Source: Candidatus Bathyarchaeota archaeon (GTDB taxonomy: Archaea; Thermoproteota; Bathyarchaeia; 40CM-2-53-6). From it: 64,000 bases of DNA. This document shows positions 21,251 to 29,606 of the stretch, one piece after another. The stretch lies in the NCBI GenBank assembly GCA_963833125.1, contig CAWHWX010000014.1, forward strand, positions 1-64,000. Reading direction: 5' to 3'. Below the pieces are notes generated by a model. That model searched no databases. It saw nothing but the letters and a program-made list of their open reading frames with translations, and was not told where the DNA came from. Made by a program: the position numbers and the translations under genes. Positions within the stretch are counted from its first letter, which is position 1. Each line of letters begins with the position of its first letter.

Positions 21251-21757
21251 TTAGGATATGCACATGCCCATGCTGAGCAGTAATAACAGTTTCGACATGA
21301 ATTTACACAAAGGGTGGGGGGGCGATTGTCGGGTCTTTACAATTCCTTGACTATCTTGGTACTTACCTGCATAGGGACGATGCGTCTTAGTACCAAGACG
21401 ATGCAACACCATCTGCAAGAATCTGTCATCCTTCGCCAATCTGAACTGTTCTGACCCTGCGTTGAACAGTGAGACCGTCAGTTGACCGCAAAACCCCGGA
21501 TCCACCAAAGCCAAACTTGCTATGATGCCCGAACGGGCAAGTGTTGATCGTAGGTGCAACGTCCCAACCAACATATCCCCTATCTCGACCCTCTCCAGCG
21601 TAGCAACAAGCCTATGCTCGCCAGGCGAGATGGCTAAATCCCCAGCCAAGCGAAGGTCATAGCCCGCACCTTTCAGGCACAGGTTTTCGAAAGGCGTGAT
21701 AACAAGTGAACCGTCCTTGAGGCATTCCTCAATCTCAACATCCGACAACACCGACAA
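21251..21757 (-). CDS. dcd: dCTP deaminase / dUTPase family
   Basis: GYDLRL, TLERV, LRSTLARSG, VDPGFCGQLT, YAGKYQ. Confidence 0.85.
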   Translation of the reverse strand: MSVLSDVEIEECLKDGSLVITPFENLCLKGAGYDLRLAGDLAISPGEHRLVATLERVEIGDMLVGTLHLRSTLARSGIIASLALVDPGFCGQLTVSLFNAGSEQFRLAKDDRFLQMVLHRLGTKTHRPYAGKYQDSQGIVKTRQSPPHPLCKFMSKLLLLLSMGMCIS

Positions 21758-21841
21758 TTCGATTCACCAGCGACTGGCACGAGTTCTCTCTAGTTAACAC
21801 CTCTTAAACTGGTTCGACCAGGGATTTATGGTGCTTCCACT

Positions 21842-22264
21842 ATGTTGAGCGTTATTCGGTTCAAGAAAACTGTCGCGGATAGCATTCTTAGCTACTCGAT
21901 TCATGCGCACCCGAAAGAAGGAATTCTCCTCTTACGTGGCAAAGCTGGGAAGGATGAGGTACTGATAACGGACGTGTTGATCCCTCCCTTGGCGACGCAT
22001 GGGCGAGGTTTCTCAGGGTTCTCAAATTTCATGCTTCCAATGGACCTGAGTGTGATTGGGATCTCGCACTCTCATCCATCGGGAGCTCTGAGGCCTTCGA
22101 TTCACGACTTGAACCACTTCTACGGGAAGCTCATGGTGATCGCAGCCTATCCTTACGAATCCTACAATGACCTCGGAGTGTTCAACAGCCACGGCGACAA
22201 ACTCCCACATGAGGTTGTCCCTGATTCTCAAAATCCTGAACCGGAAAATGGTCACGAATGGTAG
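21842..22264 (+). CDS. JAB/MPN (JAMM) domain metalloprotein
   Basis: HPKEGILLL and HSHPSGALRPSIHD JAMM motif. Confidence 0.9.
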   Translation: MLSVIRFKKTVADSILSYSIHAHPKEGILLLRGKAGKDEVLITDVLIPPLATHGRGFSGFSNFMLPMDLSVIGISHSHPSGALRPSIHDLNHFYGKLMVIAAYPYESYNDLGVFNSHGDKLPHEVVPDSQNPEPENGHEW

Positions 22265-22362
22265 GTCGAAGCCATTTCGGGAGAAGCAGTCCCTAACACT
22301 GTACTGCCAGTAGCTGCCTGAGGCTGGCAGGTATTTTAGAAGGTAGGCTTCTAAGGAAAGCT

Positions 22363-22476
22363 GGGCCCGTAGTCGAGCTAGGATTAAGACACAGAGACAC
22401 GACAGGTCGTGTAAGCCTTCGGAGTTTCGACAAAGAAAGCCTGGGATCCGGGGTTCGAATCCCCGCGGGCCCGCCA
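22363..22476 (+). tRNA. tRNA-Arg(TCG) with two BHB introns (29/30: 22395-22414; 37/38: 22423-22437)
   Basis: Removing 20+15 nt gives a 79-nt cloverleaf with CAGGC-CTTCGGA-GCCTG arm; helix ACAC/GTGT. Confidence 0.9.
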
Positions 22477-22524
22477 ACGATCTCAATCGTACTCAAGGTT
22501 TATCCACCGACTTGTCGTTGCTAG

Positions 22525-23211
22525 ATGACGGTTCGCATGCGAAGAAAGACATTGACCTTAGGCATACTTCTCATCATAATTGGGGTCTTGTTTTTCGAGC
22601 AAGGTACGCAGATGCTGACCCCTATAGCAAATATCACGGGATTGTTTTCGCACTACACTCAGGAGACCGTTATCGTATCTCCTACACTTTACAGCGTCCC
22701 AGCGTCGTCGAACTATAGCGTCTCCGAGGATTTGCCTAGCGGAAGTCAAATAGTGGGTTCGCTCCAGGTTGCTGAAGGACGTGAGGTAGCATTCTATGTG
22801 ATGAACGAAGGAAACTTTTCGTTATGGCGCACTGGACGTCCGAGCGTACTAGTTCTTGCTGAGCCTCTAGCGGTTTCATACAACTTCACCCTGTCACCAA
22901 GCGCCGCAGGTACCTACTACTTTGTGTTCGATAATCAGGATAACAGTCTGCGCACGGTAGTCTTTCGCCTGAGTTCAGTCCAGACTGTAACGGTACTCAA
23001 TCCTCTGCTTCAATATGCCAGCTTTGAGTTGTTGCTTCTGGGTGTGGTGCTCTCATATCTGGGACTGAAGGGAGGAAGAAAGAATGCTAAACCGAGCCCT
23101 GTCGTAGAGACAACCAGAATGTCGCCGCATGGTTGGAAGTGCAAATTCTGTGGCGAAGTGAATGGGAAGGATCGTGCGTTTTGTGTTAAGTGTGGTCGCT
23201 CACAGAGCTAA
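22525..23211 (+). CDS. Membrane-anchored GOLD/p24-like beta-sandwich protein with C-terminal zinc ribbon
   Basis: N-terminal TM, AGTYYFVFDN motif, second TM, WKCKFCG...FCVKCG. Confidence 0.65.
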   Translation: MTVRMRRKTLTLGILLIIIGVLFFEQGTQMLTPIANITGLFSHYTQETVIVSPTLYSVPASSNYSVSEDLPSGSQIVGSLQVAEGREVAFYVMNEGNFSLWRTGRPSVLVLAEPLAVSYNFTLSPSAAGTYYFVFDNQDNSLRTVVFRLSSVQTVTVLNPLLQYASFELLLLGVVLSYLGLKGGRKNAKPSPVVETTRMSPHGWKCKFCGEVNGKDRAFCVKCGRSQS

Positions 23212-24409
23212 GCGGCGCTGCATTGCTCTGAACTGTTTTTTCGGTTCTTCTGAAAATGGCGTAGAATGCGACGATTGATGTGACGTATAGACTCCCGCAC
23301 AGGTAGAACGGAAGACTCAGGTTTCCGCTGTTTAGCATTGATCCGCCTACAACTGTGCTTGCAGCGTTAGGTAGGTTCCATAGCACGACGTTGAAGGAAG
23401 AGGCAATTGCGCGTTCGTCTTCGTGAATCATATTCATGAGGAACGTGTCTGAGAGCGGACTTGCCATATTCATGAGAACCGCACGTATTACGTAGAAAAT
23501 TCCCGCAATGATCGCCGTTGGGCAGAAGGGAATGGCTAGCAGGAAGATCGTTGACATTGCTTGGGTTATTACGATTCCCTTAACCAGTCCGATACTCCTC
23601 GAAACGCGGGGAGCGGCTACCGCAGTTAATCCCATTATGATGTTCGATGTCGCTATGAGCGGACCTGAAAAAACATCCGTCTGGTTGAAACGCAGATAGA
23701 ACCAGGTCGGTATGAGCGGTATGATTAGACCGGCTCCGAGCCCGATTAGCATGTTCGCCATGGAGAATTTCATGATTACCCCGAAAGATTTTCGGGGCAG
23801 TATTCCTTCGCGTGAAGACGTAGGCCTAGTCTTCACCGCCCACTTTTGAACCGTGACTGATGTTATCAACCCGAAAAGACCGAGAGCAACGAATGTGATT
23901 TTGTGTGCTGTGATGAGGTCGGTCCCGAAAAACGGGAAAAAGGCTGGAAGAAATGTGCCTATTCCTGACGCGATTGTGAATGTCATGAACGATAGGCTGA
24001 ATGTCTCTGCGCGAATGCTCACCGCCGTGGTGTCCGCAAGGTAAGCGTTGCGCGTTGCGAGGTACATCGCTTCACCCGCACCTCCAACTACAGCTGAAGC
24101 CTCCAGAAGCAGGAAGTTCGACGTAAGACCCGGGACCACGATCACAATCGATCCGAGAATAGAACCTACGAGCATTATCTCCTTCCGCCCGTAGCGATCT
24201 GAAAGGATGGCGAATGGGATGCTGAAAGCTACGGTTGTTAAACCAAGTGTGGTGAAGAGAATGCCGAGGTTTGTAACCGACACGCCTTCTAGAGGAAGGA
24301 AGACTGCTATTGCGACTTGGTAGAACCCAAGTCCAGCCGCTAACGGTCCTGCGCCGAGAACTACGTTTCTAGTATCTCTTGGAACTTCTCCGAAACTCAT
24401 CCCGTACAC
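23186..24409 (-). CDS. MFS transporter
   Basis: About 12 TM helices; LSDRYGRK motif A. Confidence 0.9.
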   Translation of the reverse strand: MYGMSFGEVPRDTRNVVLGAGPLAAGLGFYQVAIAVFLPLEGVSVTNLGILFTTLGLTTVAFSIPFAILSDRYGRKEIMLVGSILGSIVIVVPGLTSNFLLLEASAVVGGAGEAMYLATRNAYLADTTAVSIRAETFSLSFMTFTIASGIGTFLPAFFPFFGTDLITAHKITFVALGLFGLITSVTVQKWAVKTRPTSSREGILPRKSFGVIMKFSMANMLIGLGAGLIIPLIPTWFYLRFNQTDVFSGPLIATSNIIMGLTAVAAPRVSRSIGLVKGIVITQAMSTIFLLAIPFCPTAIIAGIFYVIRAVLMNMASPLSDTFLMNMIHEDERAIASSFNVVLWNLPNAASTVVGGSMLNSGNLSLPFYLCGSLYVTSIVAFYAIFRRTEKTVQSNAAPLSSVSDHT

Positions 24410-24431
24410 TCACGGCTGCAATGGATCAACC

Positions 24432-24848
24432 TTAGTTGCCTTTTTCACGAACAGTCTTAGCTAGGTCAGCGGGCAGTGGCACGGCTTTCCATTCCGAGTT
24501 CACTGCGATAACCTTGATGTACGCTTCCGCTGCTAGTTTACCGTCGTTTTGTCGGATTGCTTGAAAGTCATACGTGATCGTCTTCTCACCAACCTCCCTC
24601 ACTCGCATGATGACATCGAATAAATCATCGAAGCGGCAAGCCGCCTTATACTGACAGTGAACCTCAACTCGCGGAAATGTGATTCCATACTTCGCGATAA
24701 CGTCGTTGAAGGGTAGGGATATTGATCGGTAGAATTCTTCTTCGCACGCTTCAAAGTATCGGAGGTAATTGGTGAAATGCATCACACCCGCCACATCGGT
24801 GTCTACCCAGTGCACACGAAAACTACGTTTGAAGGGCATCGGAACCAA
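24432..24848 (-). CDS. Acyl-CoA thioesterase (4HBT/YbgC hotdog fold)
   Basis: RVHWVDTDVAGVMHFTNYLRYFE. Confidence 0.9.
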   Translation of the reverse strand: MVPMPFKRSFRVHWVDTDVAGVMHFTNYLRYFEACEEEFYRSISLPFNDVIAKYGITFPRVEVHCQYKAACRFDDLFDVIMRVREVGEKTITYDFQAIRQNDGKLAAEAYIKVIAVNSEWKAVPLPADLAKTVREKGN

Positions 24849-24972
24849 CTTTGACTGAGAGAAAATGGTTCATGAATTTAACTCGGGCGCTTAACCGAGA
24901 AGACAATGCCAAGTAAATGTGCGTAATTTCAGTGAATGCTTATAGGATACGGGCCCGAGCCTTTGATTCCAC

Positions 24973-25126
24973 CCCGCGGTAGCTCAGCTTGGTAGAGCTT
25001 CCGAGTCCCTCTTCATAGGAGTGACGGAGACGCTGTAGGTGTGCGCCCAAGGCGCATCCATGTCAGCCTACTAAGCTAACAACGGACACCGGACTGTCGC
25101 TGGTTCAAATCCGGCCCGCGGGACCA
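24973..25126 (+). tRNA. tRNA-Tyr(GTA) with two BHB introns (30/31: 25004-25031; 37/38: 25039-25087)
   Basis: Removing 28+49 nt gives a 77-nt cloverleaf with C1-G72 and TCCGG-CTGTAGA-CCGGA arm. Confidence 0.9.
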
Positions 25127-25129
25127 ACA

Positions 25130-26293
25130 TCACACTCGTTTGCGTATGGTTGCCAGTCGAGCCAGCCTCGACAATACCGATTGGTATTGCTTCAGATCGA
25201 AGCTCCAGCCTTGATCTTGGTCGAAAAGCTCGTAAGAGATTGTTTGAACGTCTCTCTCAATGAAGTCCTGTCTAACAGCGGAGTATGACTCCAATAATCC
25301 TTCTTGTGCCATTTGAGACAGAAAGTTGAACAGAGAAGGAACCTGTGTCTGGAGAGTGTATGTTCTGACAAGCAGGGAGTTCTGGTGAATAACCTTCGAG
25401 ACACCAAGAACGAAGAAGAATTCATTCAGGGATGAATAGAATCTATTCATGTCTCGAGAGTTTGTGAATTTGAGCAGTATCTCGTGGTAGGCTGAGACTT
25501 CTTCGGGGTACGGCCAAACATCGAAGCCGAAGTATTTCACTATCCCCGTTGGGACGAGTTTCTTATCGTAATGGTACTTGACCCCTTGCAATGAGATGCC
25601 CAGCAACGGGGCGAGATCAGCGAAGCTCTTGCGGGCGTTCTTCTCAAGCTCCTTAACAATCAACATGTCCTTCTTGTCAGCCAGTATGGGGTAGCTGGTC
25701 GGGTCTTCGATCGTTTGAGTCGGTTTCTTCTTGAATGAGGCTAACCAGCGTCCCCATTCAAACGCCCATTCGTTTTTCGTCGGATTGTAGTAGTCGAAGT
25801 TGGGGAAGTTTGGAACATACTCGCCGGTGAGCATTATGTTAGAATTAGTGATAAGGTCCAAATCCTTGACTCGTCTTAGGTAGGCTCTGAACTGTTTCAG
25901 AAATTTGAATGGGACTAGGTGGACTGAAAAGTGTGTGAAGATTCCTTCGCAGGGGTTTACCGACCGCCAGTAATTTGGAACCTTAAGCGCCTCAGTTACT
26001 TTATCTTCAGAGCCAAGGTTAGCTGTGACTAGAACAACGACTCTTACTAAACCAAGTTTTGAAACCTGCGGGATAAGTGAAACGAGGCGCTTTGACTTCG
26101 CCTCAAGCCTAGATACCCTGTGGTAAACGGAGGTGAAGGGTATGCCTGTTCTTCTAGAGACTTCTAGGAGGTTACGGGGGCCGTGTTTCCACATGGCCGA
26201 TAGGATCTTTATGTTTGTTCGGTCGAGCTGTTTGATTATCTCTCTAATTCCTTTGTGCCAATCAGCTAACCGTACTTTCTCTGTTCTCAGCAT
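25130..26293 (-). CDS. Transcription regulator with two tandem wHTH/Lrp-like modules
   Basis: LDRTNIKIL...LLEVSRRTGIPFTSVYHRVSRLE and DKKDMLIVKELEKNARKSFADLAPLLGISLQGVKYHY. Confidence 0.8.
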   Translation of the reverse strand: MLRTEKVRLADWHKGIREIIKQLDRTNIKILSAMWKHGPRNLLEVSRRTGIPFTSVYHRVSRLEAKSKRLVSLIPQVSKLGLVRVVVLVTANLGSEDKVTEALKVPNYWRSVNPCEGIFTHFSVHLVPFKFLKQFRAYLRRVKDLDLITNSNIMLTGEYVPNFPNFDYYNPTKNEWAFEWGRWLASFKKKPTQTIEDPTSYPILADKKDMLIVKELEKNARKSFADLAPLLGISLQGVKYHYDKKLVPTGIVKYFGFDVWPYPEEVSAYHEILLKFTNSRDMNRFYSSLNEFFFVLGVSKVIHQNSLLVRTYTLQTQVPSLFNFLSQMAQEGLLESYSAVRQDFIERDVQTISYELFDQDQGWSFDLKQYQSVLSRLARLATIRKRV

Positions 26294-26398
26294 TTCGTCT
26301 CTTTCCTAGAAGGCGCCCATGACGGCCAAAATATAAGAAGTTACTTTTCAAAGAAAAACACGGGAAAAGTGGGGGAAGCTTCGTGGATGGAGAATCTT

Positions 26399-26530
26399 CT
26401 ACAAGAGAGCAGTTATGATGCCGTGACCGCCACCATTTGGATCTCCAGCATGGACAGTGCCGGTCACCAGGACTATGGTAACTAGCGCCAGAAGAACAAC
26501 AGCGGCGAACAGGAGCTTGAACCTGGACAT
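26399..26530 (-). CDS. Small secreted peptide, 43 aa (MSRFKLLFAAVVLLALVTIVLVTGTVHA-GDPNGGGHGIITALL); absent from the ORF track
   Basis: Strong Shine-Dalgarno GGAGGTGA just upstream of ATG, n/h/c-region signal peptide ending VHA, upstream TATATAAG, T-rich tract downstream. Confidence 0.75.
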   Translation of the reverse strand: MSRFKLLFAAVVLLALVTIVLVTGTVHAGDPNGGGHGIITALL

Positions 26531-26845
26531 GGATTCACCTCCAGTCCAGATGGTGCGCGATCTGTCTTTATTTATTTACAAAATACGCACCTGAAATCGG
26601 CAACTTATATATGCGCGTTTCAGGTTGGCTCGGTAACGCGGGATACAATTTGTGCGAGCACTGCGACGCCCTAGCGAAGATTGTCACAGATTTGGTAGGG
26701 CCTAAGGTATCCGTAGTGCTCATGAAACGAGTAAATGCAAGAATGCATCCGGGTAACGAAATCAACGACCCAAAATGCGACCAGATCCAACCTGCTACTT
26801 ATTGACGTCGGCTCGTCGCTGGAGCAGACCGATAGGTTCAGGCTG

Positions 26846-27310
26846 TTAGGTTATTCTGTACAAGTATAATTTGCGTGCAATCCCGCTCGTGTTAACTTCT
26901 AACTCGCGATCTGGCACCCAGCCGGGGAGAGTATAGTCTAAAGAGACGACCCGTGTTCCCGCTTTCAGTTCGGCTTTCAGCTTCGGGGCGAGCTTAGCGT
27001 TTGCTGAATCCGAGAGGTAAAAGACGACTGCATCTGCCGATGACAGATCGACCTGAAAGAGGTCCACCTCAATCAACTCCGCCTGTGTGTTGGTAGCCTT
27101 CAAACGTTCTTTAATCCGACTAATGCGTTCCGGATCAACCTCCACACCAACCGCTTTAGCCCCAAAACGTCGCACCGCTTCGATAATTATCCGTCCATCC
27201 CCCGCGCCTAGATCGAATAGGGTTTCACCACGACGCAGGGATGCTAGTTGAAGCATCTGCCGGACTATGTCCTTTGGAGTTGGGACGTAGGCAACGTCAA
27301 GGTCAACCAC
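26846..27310 (-). CDS. Class I SAM-dependent methyltransferase (small protein-lysine-MTase-like)
   Basis: YVPTP, LFDLGAGDGRI, GVEVD, GTRVVS. Confidence 0.88.
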   Translation of the reverse strand: MVDLDVAYVPTPKDIVRQMLQLASLRRGETLFDLGAGDGRIIIEAVRRFGAKAVGVEVDPERISRIKERLKATNTQAELIEVDLFQVDLSSADAVVFYLSDSANAKLAPKLKAELKAGTRVVSLDYTLPGWVPDRELEVNTSGIARKLYLYRIT

Positions 27311-27452
27311 AATTTACGACCTCAGTCGATTTCAGCAGGTTGCCAAACCAGCTTGGAATTCTCCGCATTAGAATCAACATTGAAGAGAGTTGGCGATTTC
27401 TTGGGTGGTCAGCAAGGCTTTAAACTGGCTCTAGGAAGTGTGAGTTGCAAAC

Positions 27453-27557
27453 GCCCTGGTCGTTCAGTGGTCTAGGATGACGGCCTGTCACGTCGTCGAC
27501 GCGGGTTCGAATCCCGCCCAAAGGAGCAGCGCAAAACTCTCCTGGCGAGGGGCGCCA
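27453..27557 (+). tRNA. tRNA-Asp(GTC) with a 29-nt BHB intron in the 3' acceptor strand (68/69: 27521-27549)
   Basis: Removal restores the GCCCTGG/CCAGGGC stem, G73 and CCA (76 nt). Helix CGCC/GGCG; intron stem AGGAG/CTCCT. Confidence 0.9.
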
Positions 27558-27570
27558 ACCCGCGTATAGA

Positions 27571-27711
27571 TCACTCATCGAAATCGACAAGCTTCTTGAC
27601 GTCCTTCTTCTCCTGCTTGTCGCTCTTGCAACGAGGACAGATTGGTGTGGTGGAGCTCGAAAGATATTCGTAACCGCATCCGATGCATTTCCAGTAAGCG
27701 ACGTCCTGCAA
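27571..27711 (-). CDS. Small zinc-ribbon (CxxC-x-CPxC) protein, 46 aa; absent from the ORF track
   Basis: TTG start after GGAGA; (M)QDVAYWKCIGCGYEYLSSSTTPICPRCKSDKQEKKDVKKLVDFDE. Confidence 0.65.
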   Translation of the reverse strand: MQDVAYWKCIGCGYEYLSSSTTPICPRCKSDKQEKKDVKKLVDFDE

Positions 27712-27790
27712 AAATAATCTCCATTCTACTATTTCGTTACTCAGTCAATAAATAACGCTCTATTTCTTATGTTGAGAGGTCGCGTTAGAT

Positions 27791-28741
27791 TTGATTCCAG
27801 GTACTGAAACGGACGTAGTTACCGCAATTGAGAAAGTAAGCCCCGCAGTTGTCTCAGTGGCGACGCTGCGAGTGATACAGGAGAGTTGGTTTGATGCTAT
27901 CCCGGTTCGGGGGATGGGGTCGGGAATAATCTTCGACTCAAACGGCGGAATCCTCACGAACCATCACATCGTTGAAGATGCGGAGAAGGTTGAGGTACTT
28001 ACACCGGATGGAAAGAAGTTCCAAGGGGAAGTATTGGGATCGGATACGATGTCCGATGTAGCCGTGGTAAGAGTCGATGGCGAGAACCTACCCGCCGTTA
28101 AGCTCGGGGACTCCGACAAGTTGAAGGTCGGACAGATCTCAATCGCCATCGGGAACCCTTACGGGTTTATGCTACCGGGACCCGCGGCTACGGTTGGCGT
28201 GATCAGTGCACTGAAGCGTCATATTCACGTTGAGGAGCGCATGTATGAAGACCTGATCCAAACAGACGCTTCCATTAACCCAGGGAACAGCGGTGGACCG
28301 CTCGTAGACAGTTCGGGTAAGGTGGTTGGAGTTAACACCGCGAACATTCCTTTCGCTCAAGGCATCGGCTTCGCCATACCAATTAACGCCGCGAAGAGAA
28401 TAGCGAAAGAGATCATAGAACATGGACGCGTAATCCGACCCTACGTAGGCATAGCCGGCTTAACCTTGACCAGAGAGATCGCGGAATCGTACAACCTACC
28501 CTACGAACAAGGAGTTCTGGTTGCGCGGGTGGGCAGAGGATGCCCAGCGCGGAAAGCAGGCGTCTCAGCTGGAGACGTTATTCTAGAGGCGGATGGAACT
28601 GCGCTCAAGGGTTGGGAAGATCTCCAACACATACTCCAGACAAAGAAAGTAGACGACACTCTCGAACTGCTCATCGGCCGAGACCGAGAACAAGGGAAAG
28701 TACACGTAAGGCTGGAAGAAGCCAGTAAAGTCATAGCCTAA
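27791..28741 (+). CDS. htrA: HtrA/DegP-type serine protease with PDZ domain
   Basis: GSGII, LTNHHIV, SDVAVV, IQTDASINPGNSGGPL, C-terminal PDZ. Confidence 0.93.
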   Translation: MIPGTETDVVTAIEKVSPAVVSVATLRVIQESWFDAIPVRGMGSGIIFDSNGGILTNHHIVEDAEKVEVLTPDGKKFQGEVLGSDTMSDVAVVRVDGENLPAVKLGDSDKLKVGQISIAIGNPYGFMLPGPAATVGVISALKRHIHVEERMYEDLIQTDASINPGNSGGPLVDSSGKVVGVNTANIPFAQGIGFAIPINAAKRIAKEIIEHGRVIRPYVGIAGLTLTREIAESYNLPYEQGVLVARVGRGCPARKAGVSAGDVILEADGTALKGWEDLQHILQTKKVDDTLELLIGRDREQGKVHVRLEEASKVIA

Positions 28742-28868
28742 AAAGTCAATCGAGTCCCATGTGTATTCTGAGTGTGCTCACCGGTGAGTCGCGAACAGAT
28801 CTCGCGACAGGGCGTTCAGTTAGCAGAACCCACAATACTTTTGATAACGTGCGAGAGTCTCAGGGCTG

Positions 28869-29029
28869 GGGCCCGTAGCTCAGTCAGGTAGAGCATCGGT
28901 GACGCCGTGTGGGCGTTGGTGAGGCTTTTACCTCTGGGCGGTTCGAACCCATGGGAAGCCACCCGAAAAGCTTGGCTTAGAAGCTAGCTTGGGTAGGGGT
29001 CCCGGGTTCAAATCCCGGCGGGCCCGCCA
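28869..29029 (+). tRNA. tRNA-Lys(TTT) with three BHB introns (30/31: 28900-28923; 37/38: 28931-28960; 43/44: 28967-28996)
   Basis: Removing 24+30+30 nt gives a 77-nt cloverleaf with TCGGG-CTTTTAA-CCCGA arm; helices CATC/GGTG, CTTT/GAAG, ACCC/GGGT. Confidence 0.9.
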
Positions 29030-29083
29030 CATTCTTGCACCTAGAATCGATACCATTATTCTTTTGCTCCGCCACACCCATGA

Positions 29084-29506
29084 GTGACTGCGATAGGAGA
29101 ACATGGTATGCCTTCGATCAGAACGATCCGTCGGATCGGCGCCGCAGCCTTAATTGTACCAACCGTTGATCATCTGATCGTTCCCATTCTCACTATGATC
29201 TTTGCACCCGCCTTGGCGGGGGAGGTGTTTGGTGCTGGCGCCACCGCTGCAGTCGTATTCTTCGTTTGTCTAGGGCTCTTTCAGCTTGTTTGGATTGGCG
29301 TTCTGTTGAGGTCAAGTAATCGCCTATTGCTGGCTTTAGGAGTTTTAGGCAACCTTGTTTCGATTACCATCTACTTCGTATCACTTAGCGGCGTGACTAT
29401 ATTCGACGTCCCGCCTCAAAACGGAGGAGCCTTCGCTCTCCTCATCAAAGGACTGGAAGCAGTCTTCGTATTCGCTTCGACCGACGTAATGAAGCGGCTC
29501 CCCTGA
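29084..29506 (+). CDS. Hypothetical membrane protein
   Basis: Four hydrophobic segments. Confidence 0.6.
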   Translation: MTAIGEHGMPSIRTIRRIGAAALIVPTVDHLIVPILTMIFAPALAGEVFGAGATAAVVFFVCLGLFQLVWIGVLLRSSNRLLLALGVLGNLVSITIYFVSLSGVTIFDVPPQNGGAFALLIKGLEAVFVFASTDVMKRLP

Positions 29507-29606
29507 TTTCGATGGTCCCGCTTACAATAACCTCAATCTCATCTTGAACGCGCGGATCCGTCAACCAGGTAGTTAATCAACGCGATGCCTACGCGGACGG
29601 TAGGGA

